64,000 nt of DNA. Source: Halorussus marinus (GTDB lineage Archaea > Halobacteriota > Halobacteria > Halobacteriales > Haladaptataceae). Positions 57,093 to 64,000 of this stretch are shown one piece after another; positions within the stretch are counted from its first letter, which is position 1; each line of letters begins with the position of its first letter. The stretch covers positions 124,001 through 188,000 of the forward strand of contig NZ_SBIV01000005.1 in NCBI RefSeq assembly GCF_004765795.1, read 5' to 3'. The notes below the pieces were generated by a model. The model had not been told where the DNA came from. It saw nothing but the letters and a program-made list of their open reading frames with translations, and did no database searches. Position numbers and translations under genes: made by a program.

Positions 57093-58853
57093 ATGGTCCA
57101 AGTCGGACTGCTCGTGCTCACCGTCGTGATGGGGCTGCTCTTGTTGGGCGTGGCCGCGTACATCCTCCGCGCGGAGAACTGGCGGTCGTACGCCGCCGCC
57201 GGCGGGGGGTACGGGGCTGGCGAACCGGTCACACACCGGGAGAAACCCGGCGGACTGATCCGGTGGCTAACCACGGTCGACCACAAGGACATCGGGCTCC
57301 TCTACGGGCTCTACGGCCTCACCGCGTTCGCGTGGGGCGGGATCAACATCGTACTGATGCGGACCGAACTGCTGACGCCCGAGACCGCGGTCATCGGCGC
57401 GAACTTCTACAACTCGCTTCTGACCTCCCACGGGATCACGATGCTGTTCCTGTTCGGGACGCCGATCATCGCGGCGTTCGGCAACTACTTCATTCCGCTT
57501 TTGATCGGAGCCGACGACATGGCGTTTCCCCGGATCAACGCCATCGCGTTCTGGTTGCTCCCGCCCGGAGCGATCCTCATCTGGTTCGGATTCTTCGCCG
57601 CGCCGCTGGGCATCGGTATCGAGCCCTCCCAGACGAGTTGGACGATGTACACGCCGCTGTCGGTCGAGCAGGCCAACCCCGGGGTCGACCTGATGTTGCT
57701 CGGACTCCATCTCACGGGCGTCTCGGCGACGATGGGTGCGATCAACTTCATCGCGACTATCTTCACCGAGCGCGGCGATGAGGTCGGCTGGGAGCGCCTC
57801 GACATCTTCTCGTGGACGATGCTGACCCAGTCCGGAATCATTCTGTTCGCGTTCCCGTTGCTGGGGAGCGCACTGGTGATGTTGCTCCTCGACCGGAACT
57901 TCGGGACGATGTTCTTCGCGGTCGAGGGCGGGAGTCCGTTGCTGTGGCAACACCTGTTCTGGTTCTTCGGCCACCCCGAGGTGTACATCCTCGTGTTACC
58001 GCCGATGGGACTGGTGAGCCTGATCCTCCCGCGGTTCTCCGGGCGAAAGCTGTTCGGGTTCAAGTTCGTGGTCTACTCGACGCTGGCGATCGGCGTCCTC
58101 TCGTTCGGGGTGTGGGCCCACCACATGTTCTCGACCGGGATGGATCCCCGCATTCGCGGGTCGTTCATGGCGGTGTCGTTGGCGATCGCGGTGCCGTCGG
58201 CGGTCAAGACCTTCAACTGGATCACCACCATGTGGAACGGAACCCTGCGGTTGACCGCCCCGATGCTGTTCAGTATCGGGTTCGTCCAGAACTTCATCAT
58301 CGGCGGGGTGACCGGCGTCTTCCTCGCGTCGGTCCCCGTCGACCTGCTCGTTCACGACACCTACTACGTGGTCGGACACTTCCACTTCATCGTGATGGGC
58401 GCGATCGCTGTCGCCGGGTTCGCGGGTATCTACTACTGGTTCCCGCTTTTCACCGGCCGGATGTACCAGAAGACCCTCGCGAAGATACACTTCTGGACCA
58501 CCATGATCGGGACGAACATGGTGTTTTTCGCCCTGATCCTCCTCGGGTACGACGGGATGCCCCGGCGGTACGCCACCTACCTCCCGCAGTTTCAGGACCT
58601 CCACGTCGTCGCGGGCGTCGGCACCTTCATCCTCGCGTTCGGCCAGTTGGTCTTCGTCTGGAACCTCGTCACGTCGTGGCTCGAAGGCCCTCGCGTGGAG
58701 TCGGGCGACCCGTGGGCCCTCGAAGACGACGGGCTCAAGACCCGCGAGTGGACGTGGTTCGAGCGCAAGCGCGAGACCGCCGTCGCCACCGACGGCGGCG
58801 ACGACGCGATCGCCGACGGCGGGGAACCCGAGGGCCCAGACGCCGGGGAGTGA
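57093..58853 (+). CDS. coxA: heme-copper oxidase subunit I, A1 type
   Basis: TVDHKDIG, HGITM, DMAFPRIN, GHPEVY, WAHHMF, GHFH, MPRRY. Confidence 0.95.
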   Translation: MVQVGLLVLTVVMGLLLLGVAAYILRAENWRSYAAAGGGYGAGEPVTHREKPGGLIRWLTTVDHKDIGLLYGLYGLTAFAWGGINIVLMRTELLTPETAVIGANFYNSLLTSHGITMLFLFGTPIIAAFGNYFIPLLIGADDMAFPRINAIAFWLLPPGAILIWFGFFAAPLGIGIEPSQTSWTMYTPLSVEQANPGVDLMLLGLHLTGVSATMGAINFIATIFTERGDEVGWERLDIFSWTMLTQSGIILFAFPLLGSALVMLLLDRNFGTMFFAVEGGSPLLWQHLFWFFGHPEVYILVLPPMGLVSLILPRFSGRKLFGFKFVVYSTLAIGVLSFGVWAHHMFSTGMDPRIRGSFMAVSLAIAVPSAVKTFNWITTMWNGTLRLTAPMLFSIGFVQNFIIGGVTGVFLASVPVDLLVHDTYYVVGHFHFIVMGAIAVAGFAGIYYWFPLFTGRMYQKTLAKIHFWTTMIGTNMVFFALILLGYDGMPRRYATYLPQFQDLHVVAGVGTFILAFGQLVFVWNLVTSWLEGPRVESGDPWALEDDGLKTREWTWFERKRETAVATDGGDDAIADGGEPEGPDAGE

Positions 58854-58854
58854 C

Positions 58855-59283
58855 TCACTCGTCGGGCGAGAACGGGCCGACCCCGTCGACCGGGATCACG
58901 GAGTAATCGACCGTGAGCGTGTCCTGGGTCGCGCGGATCTTACCGACGAACGTCGAGATGTCCTCCAGCGACCCTTCGAGGGTGAAAAGCTCCATGCAGT
59001 AGTGGTCGCCGACGTGGTTGTGGACGTTCGAGGCGACGAGTCCCTCGTACTCGTGGCGGAGGTGCATCATCCGCTCTTCGACCGTGGTGTTCTCGTAGTT
59101 GAACAGGACGGTCACGACGCCCATCAGCTCGCGGTCTTCGAGCTTCCTGTCCTCGAACTCCCCGAGGAGGTTGCGGGCGGCCTCTCGAAACACCTCGCTT
59201 CGGCCCGTGTACCCGTGTTCGTCCGCGAACCCGTCTACGCGTTCGAGCAGTTCGTCCGGCATCGAGATGCTGACGACGGTCAT
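58855..59283 (-). CDS. nikR: NikR/CopG ribbon-helix-helix metal-responsive regulator
   Basis: [29 protein letters not shown]. Confidence 0.85.
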   Translation of the reverse strand: MTVVSISMPDELLERVDGFADEHGYTGRSEVFREAARNLLGEFEDRKLEDRELMGVVTVLFNYENTTVEERMMHLRHEYEGLVASNVHNHVGDHYCMELFTLEGSLEDISTFVGKIRATQDTLTVDYSVIPVDGVGPFSPDE

Positions 59284-59436
59284 GTATTAACTCGCGGCCC
59301 TCGATATATTAGAACTTATTATTCGAGCTCTTCCCGACCCGGTCGTGACGATTGCGTTCGCGTGTCGGCGCCGCTGGGAACGCGACGTGCGCGGTCGCGT
59401 TGTTTTAAGTGACCCCGGTGCGATCGGTCCGGACGA

Positions 59437-60180
59437 ATGACTCTCGCCCCGTTCGCGGCCGCCGCGTCGGCCGCCGACACCGTTGTCGTCGACTTCCTCG
59501 GGGCGGTTCTGATCGCGGTCGCGGCGTCGTTTTTCGCGTTCTACGCCGGGCTGAACCGCCGACTCAACCGCCTCGAATCCCAAGACGTGTTCTGGGGCTA
59601 CCTCGTCTTCGCCGGGGCGGCGGCCGCGGTCTACGGGGTGGTCGGCGTCGCCGAGACGATCGTCCGGGCTCGACTCCTGACCGCGTTCGGCCACGGCGCG
59701 CTGTTGCTCTGTACGGTCTTTCTGGCGTTCTCGATGCGGGAGGTGTACTACAACTCCGCGCTCGCACCCCCGTCCGGGGAGAGTCGGGTGTCGCTGGGGT
59801 CCCTGCGTCGGATCGAGGCGGGGTTCGTCGCGGTGGTCGTCGTCGAGTGGGTCGCGGTCGCGCTCCTCGATCAGGTCGCGATCGCCCGGTTCGTCAAGGC
59901 CGGCGGGAGCCTCGCATTCGCGACTTACGGGGCGGTGTTCGCCGAGAAACTCGAATCCGTGACCCGCGGGACGCCGCTCGACACCCTCCGGCGCCACCTG
60001 CTCCCGGTGGTGGTCTGTCTGGGCGCCATCGGCGTGGTGGACCTCGGGACGGCCGCGGGGGTCCCGCCGGTCGTCGTCGACGGCGTCCGGAGCGTGTTCG
60101 TCGTGCTGGTCGCGGGCTTTCTCACTACCGCGACGATCCGACTCCAGCAGAACGTCGAGGGGCTGTCGACGTCCGAGTAG
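59437..60180 (+). CDS. hypothetical ~7-TM membrane protein
   Basis: Seven hydrophobic segments; no retinal-lysine motif. Confidence 0.75.
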   Translation: MTLAPFAAAASAADTVVVDFLGAVLIAVAASFFAFYAGLNRRLNRLESQDVFWGYLVFAGAAAAVYGVVGVAETIVRARLLTAFGHGALLLCTVFLAFSMREVYYNSALAPPSGESRVSLGSLRRIEAGFVAVVVVEWVAVALLDQVAIARFVKAGGSLAFATYGAVFAEKLESVTRGTPLDTLRRHLLPVVVCLGAIGVVDLGTAAGVPPVVVDGVRSVFVVLVAGFLTTATIRLQQNVEGLSTSE

Positions 60181-60518
60181 CTCGACCTACCGAGGGTGAT
60201 CTGCTCGTCCGGTCGTCGCTCGCGTCCCGCGGCGCCGGCGCTGTCGAGTTCGAATCAGGGCGGCGAGGCGTTGACCGCCCGTCTTGTCAGAGGCACAGTT
60301 GTTTCACCGCAACGCCTGCGCGTCGAATGTACGAATCGCCCAGGCGTATATTCAGTGGGACGGAGACACGGATAGAGGTGTTGCATGATAATACGGCTCT
60401 TTTAATACTCTCCGTCGTCGACCGCGGCGTCGGTTTCCTACGCTAACCAAAATCTATAAGTGTATCATATCACATGATTCATTCAGCACCAGCGAGGCCA
60501 CAAGAACGGCGCCTGACC

Positions 60519-61082
60519 ATGTCCCCCAACCAATCGACTGTTCTCGTCGTCGACGACGAGCAAGACGTTGCAGACCTGTACGCGATGTGGCTTCAGGACG
60601 ACTACCACGTCCAGAACGCCTATCAGGGTCAGGAGGCGCTCGACATCCTCGACGAATCTGTCGACGTCGTCCTCCTCGACCGGCGGATGCCGGGCCAGTC
60701 CGGCGACGAAGTCCTCGAACGAATCCGCGAGCGCGAACTCAACTGTCGGGTGGTGATGGTGACGGCAGTAAAGCCCGACTTCGACATCCTCGAAATGGGG
60801 TTCGACGACTACCTCGTCAAGCCCGTCTCGGCCGACGAACTCCACGAGACGGTCTCGACGATGCTTGCGCGCGTCGACTACGACTCGAAACTCCAAGAGT
60901 ACTACTCGCTCGTCTCGAAGAAGGCGGTCCTCGAAGCCGAAAAAGACGAGCAGGCGCTCGAAGCCAACGACGAGTACGTCGAACTCCGCGAGAACGTCGA
61001 CCAGTTGCGAGAGGAAGTCGACGCCAGCCGCGACGAACTCACCGACCACGACGACTTCGTGGGCGCGTTCGAAGACCTCTGA
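60519..61082 (+). CDS. HalX-domain response regulator
   Basis: VVDDE, LLDRRMP, DDYLVKP, C-terminal YSLVSKKAVLEAEK. Confidence 0.9.
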   Translation: MSPNQSTVLVVDDEQDVADLYAMWLQDDYHVQNAYQGQEALDILDESVDVVLLDRRMPGQSGDEVLERIRERELNCRVVMVTAVKPDFDILEMGFDDYLVKPVSADELHETVSTMLARVDYDSKLQEYYSLVSKKAVLEAEKDEQALEANDEYVELRENVDQLREEVDASRDELTDHDDFVGAFEDL

Positions 61083-61092
61083 GCCGCCCGGA

Positions 61093-61731
61093 TCACTCGC
61101 CTCGCACGATCTCGAACGTTCGCCGTATCGCCGTTTCCTGTGTTTCCAGCGCCACGCTCGGTTCCACGTCGCCGCCGCTCGGGGCGTCTTCGCGGGCGCG
61201 CGCCGCGGCCGCTTCGGGCGTCAGCGGCAGGTGGACGAACCCGGCCGGCACGCGTCTGTCCTCGGCTTCCAGATACGCCCGCGTCCGGTAGAGGACGTTG
61301 TTGCAGAGGTGGGTTCCGGCGGTGTTCGATAGCCGGGCGGGGATCCCGTCGGCCACCAGCGCCTCGACCGTCTCGACGACGGGGAGGGTCGCGAAGTACG
61401 CCGCCGGCCCGCCGGCCGCCACGCGCTCGTTTCTGGGCGCGGCGTCGGCGTTGTCGGGGACACCCGCGCAGTCGGCGACGTTGAGGCCCACCCGCTCGAC
61501 GCTGATCGCCGAGCGCCCCGCGGCCAGCCCCGTCGCGACGATGGCGTCGGGGTCGAGCGTCTCGATCAACTCGATCATCTCGTCGCCGGCGCGGTCGAAC
61601 GCGACGGGCAGGACCCGACCCGCGATCTCCCGATCGCCGATCCGCTCGCCGTCGAGTCGGCGCGCGATCGCGGCGCTCGGATTCCGATCGTTGTCGCCGA
61701 ACGGTTCGTACCCGGTGAGCAACAGACACAT
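61093..61731 (-). CDS. pcp: pyroglutamyl-peptidase I
   Basis: LLTGYEPFG, NPS, SVERVG, AGTHLCN, GFVHLP. Confidence 0.92.
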   Translation of the reverse strand: MCLLLTGYEPFGDNDRNPSAAIARRLDGERIGDREIAGRVLPVAFDRAGDEMIELIETLDPDAIVATGLAAGRSAISVERVGLNVADCAGVPDNADAAPRNERVAAGGPAAYFATLPVVETVEALVADGIPARLSNTAGTHLCNNVLYRTRAYLEAEDRRVPAGFVHLPLTPEAAAARAREDAPSGGDVEPSVALETQETAIRRTFEIVRGE

Positions 61732-61773
61732 GCGTTCGCGTGAGCGCCCGACCGCCTTGGAGTTTGCTCCCGG

Positions 61774-61819
61774 ACGCAAACGTTTGCGTTTACGGTTCCG
61801 TAGACGTGTTCGTAAACAC
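61774..61819. repeat. phased hexamer array containing the 16-bp palindrome ACGCAAACGTTTGCGT
   Basis: CGCAAA CGTTTG CGTTTA CGGTTC CGTAGA CGTGTT CGTAAA at an exact 6-bp period. Confidence 0.75.
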
Positions 61820-61927
61820 CGGCGCCCGCGGCGTTCTCTCTGGCGACGTTGCTTCGAAAGAATGTACCTCGTGTACCCCTACCCGAGGTAATTTTAGCCA
61901 CTCACCCCCTACGTATATGTTTTGTGC

Positions 61928-62479
61928 TTACCGAGCCGATTGCGGGCCCTCGACGGCCTCGACGGCGGTCTGAGTCCGCCCGTCGAAGACGAACTCGGTC
62001 CCGGGCCCGACGCCGGTCTCGTTGGCGAACCCGCGTTCGAGTTCGACTACGTATCGGGCGTCGCCGTCGCTCCGGTACCGATCGAGTTCACCCTCGTCTT
62101 CCGGCCCGGGCGTCGCGTGCTCGACGTTCAACACCGTGCCGTCGGGCGCGACGAAGATGATGTCGAGGGCGACGAGCGTGTTTTTCATCCAGAACGAACG
62201 TCGGTCGGCGCCGTCGTAGACGAACACCATGCCGTGGTGGTCCGGGAGCGACTCTCGGTTCATGAGCCCCTCGCGGCGCTCTGGCTTCGTGGCGGCGACT
62301 TCGAGGCTCACCGTGACGTTCCCGCGGTCGGTGACGAAGGTTCCGGTGACGTTGCCGCCGTCGGTCGTCGTGGCCTCGGGGAGCGACGCCTCGCCCCCGA
62401 ACGACTCGCCGATCCCGAGACCCAGACAGCCTCCAAGCACCACGAGCGCTCCGAGCGCGATCGCGCCGAGCAGTCTCAT
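61928..62479 (-). CDS. DUF192 family lipoprotein
   Basis: LGGC lipobox, GLMNRESL, GMVFVY, FWMKNT..LDIIF. Confidence 0.9.
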   Translation of the reverse strand: MRLLGAIALGALVVLGGCLGLGIGESFGGEASLPEATTTDGGNVTGTFVTDRGNVTVSLEVAATKPERREGLMNRESLPDHHGMVFVYDGADRRSFWMKNTLVALDIIFVAPDGTVLNVEHATPGPEDEGELDRYRSDGDARYVVELERGFANETGVGPGTEFVFDGRTQTAVEAVEGPQSAR

Positions 62480-62516
62480 ACCCACGAATTCGCCCGTGCG
62501 ACCAAAAAACTGCACC

Positions 62517-62993
62517 TCAAATCGCGACCAGCGCGAACCCGACGACCAGCGAGACGGTGACGAGCAGCTGGACCGCCGCGGAGCCGAGCACGCCCGCGGT
62601 CGCGAACAGCCCGGCCCTGACGCTCCGGGTCGGCTCGCGAGTGCGGTAGAACTCGGCGAGAAACACCACGACGGTGACGCCGACGACGAGCCCCGCGGGG
62701 CCGGCGACCACCGCGAGCGGGAGGCCGGCGACCGCGGCCAGCACGGTGGTCTTGGTCGAGGCGCCGCCCGCCTTCGCCGCGAACGCGCCGGCGAAGTGAT
62801 CCGCGACCATCGCGCCGACGCCGACGAGCGTGAACGCGACCAGCGCGAGCGGGCCGGGTGTCGCGTACCCGGTCGACCACCAGTAGAGGTAGATTCCCAC
62901 CAGCGATAGCCCCGCGCCGGGGACCATCGGGACGACGCTCCCGACCACGCCCGCGAGCAATAGCGCGACCGCCACGACGAGCAGGAAGTCCAT
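62517..62993 (-). CDS. DUF456 family membrane protein
   Basis: GSVVPMVPG, AKAGGAS, hydrophobic throughout. Confidence 0.85.
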   Translation of the reverse strand: MDFLLVVAVALLLAGVVGSVVPMVPGAGLSLVGIYLYWWSTGYATPGPLALVAFTLVGVGAMVADHFAGAFAAKAGGASTKTTVLAAVAGLPLAVVAGPAGLVVGVTVVVFLAEFYRTREPTRSVRAGLFATAGVLGSAAVQLLVTVSLVVGFALVAI

Positions 62994-63016
62994 GGTGTCA
63001 CGTAGGGGGTGGCGAC

Positions 63017-63151
63017 CGTTAGCGGTTCCGCAAAACCGCCATCAATCACGCATACGTTTGCGTTTTCGTTTACGCTATCAGAAACTATCAGCTTCCGCGG
63101 AGATGTCTGACGAAGGATTAAGTGAGGTGTTTGCGTTTGCGCAAACGCAAA
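63017..63151. repeat. three hexamer clusters upstream of parA, including the 22-bp palindrome TTTGCGTTTGCGCAAACGCAAA
   Basis: 63017-63034 (CGTTAG CGGTTC CGCAAA), 63049-63074 (CGCATA CGTTTG CGTTTT CGTTTA CG), 63128-63151 (TGTTTG CGTTTG CGCAAA CGCAAA). Confidence 0.78.
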
Positions 63152-63153
63152 TC

Positions 63154-64000
63154 ATGTCTCGGTCCATTCGCGCCTGTACCTTCCTCGACAAGGGCGGCAC
63201 CGGGAAGACGACCACGGCGGCCCACCTCGGGGTCGCGCTCGCCGAACGCGGCAAAGACGTGTTGCTCGTGGATCTCGCGGGCAAGCAGGGCGACCTCGTC
63301 AAGCACTTCGGCCGCTGGGCGGCGGTCGAAGACCAGATCGCCGCCGAGGACGACTGGCCGAACATCTCGACGGTGTTCCAGGACCAGTGGGACGCCATCG
63401 CCGAGAAACTGGGCGAGGCCGCGGTCGAGGATCTGATCCTCGACACCGAGGAGGGCGTGGACCTGATCCCGGCCCACCCGGGACTCGACAGCCTCGACGC
63501 CGAACTGGGCAACGTCGACGACGCACAGGACCGCTACTCCCGGTTCGACGCGTTCCTCGACGAGTACATCGAACCGCTGGGCTACGACGCGATCCTCATC
63601 GACCTGCCGGGGCTGACCAACAACGTCAGCTACAACGGCCTCTGGGCCGCCCGGAACGTGATCGTCCCGGTCGAGATGGGACCGTTCGAGTCCGAGCAGG
63701 CCGAGGCGCTCCGGGCGGACCTCGACAAGATCGCGACCAACTTCGACGTGGACGTCGACCTCGCGATGGTGCTCCCGAACAAGGTCGACAGCCGGACGAA
63801 ACTCGCCGAGGAGTACCTCGACGCGTTCGCCGAGGCCTACCCCGACGCGGTCGCGCCGGCCCACGTCCCGGTGAGCCAGGACATCCGGAACGCGGCCGAT
63901 CGGGGCCAGACGGCGTTCGCCCTCGACGAGCCCTCGACCACGGCCGAGCGTGCCCGCGAGGCGTTCCTCGAAAACGCCGACGCGCTTCTCGAGCGCCTCG
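63154..64000 (+). CDS. parA: ParA/Soj family ATPase (3' end beyond window)
   Basis: MSRSIRACTFLDKGGTGKTT deviant Walker A, VLLVDLAGKQ, DLIPAH, ILIDLP, PNKVDSRT; no stop before 64000, so absent from the ORF track. Confidence 0.92.
   Translation, partial: MSRSIRACTFLDKGGTGKTTTAAHLGVALAERGKDVLLVDLAGKQGDLVKHFGRWAAVEDQIAAEDDWPNISTVFQDQWDAIAEKLGEAAVEDLILDTEEGVDLIPAHPGLDSLDAELGNVDDAQDRYSRFDAFLDEYIEPLGYDAILIDLPGLTNNVSYNGLWAARNVIVPVEMGPFESEQAEALRADLDKIATNFDVDVDLAMVLPNKVDSRTKLAEEYLDAFAEAYPDAVAPAHVPVSQDIRNAADRGQTAFALDEPSTTAERAREAFLENADALLERL

Noticed and set aside
59437..60180. Second rhodopsin
   Set aside because: No RYxxW in helix C and no DxxxK in helix G.
61774..63151. Hexamer clusters as CRISPR repeats
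   Set aside because: No 25-40-bp repeat with regular unique spacers and no cas genes.

Overview
GC-rich haloarchaeal (Halobacteriales-type) DNA, inferred from acidic proteins, Tat lipoproteins, a halorhodopsin, HalX and RdfA-like genes. About 58 real CDSs; most other long ORFs in the track are GC-rich shadow frames. Contents from left to right: (1) an organoarsenical-resistance module (arsN1-like, arsN2, arsR, arsP) with twin operators; (2) amide/peptide hydrolases; (3) a solo halorhodopsin; (4) an accessory patch with a six-repeat HNH-associated-repeat protein lacking a nuclease, a beta-propeller lipoprotein, a tyrosine recombinase with non-canonical catalytic motifs, and RdfA; (5) an IclR-linked catabolic cluster with a Dpp/Opp-type ABC importer; (6) a lower-GC islet with a DtxR-box-preceded orphan iron-binding lipoprotein and an IS200/IS605-type end remnant; (7) a response regulator-HEAT-processive GT2-histidine kinase locus; (8) an fdhF-fhs-yqeC cluster facing a cysteine-less AOR paralogue; (9) coxA, nikR, halX and pcp; (10) a parA gene cut by the window end, preceded by phased 6-bp CGTTTG/CGCAAA arrays that look centromere-like. 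No rRNA, tRNA or CRISPR array was seen. The best candidates for an undescribed system are the parA plus hexamer array and the RR-HEAT-GT2-HK module. All calls come from reading motifs; no database searches were run.
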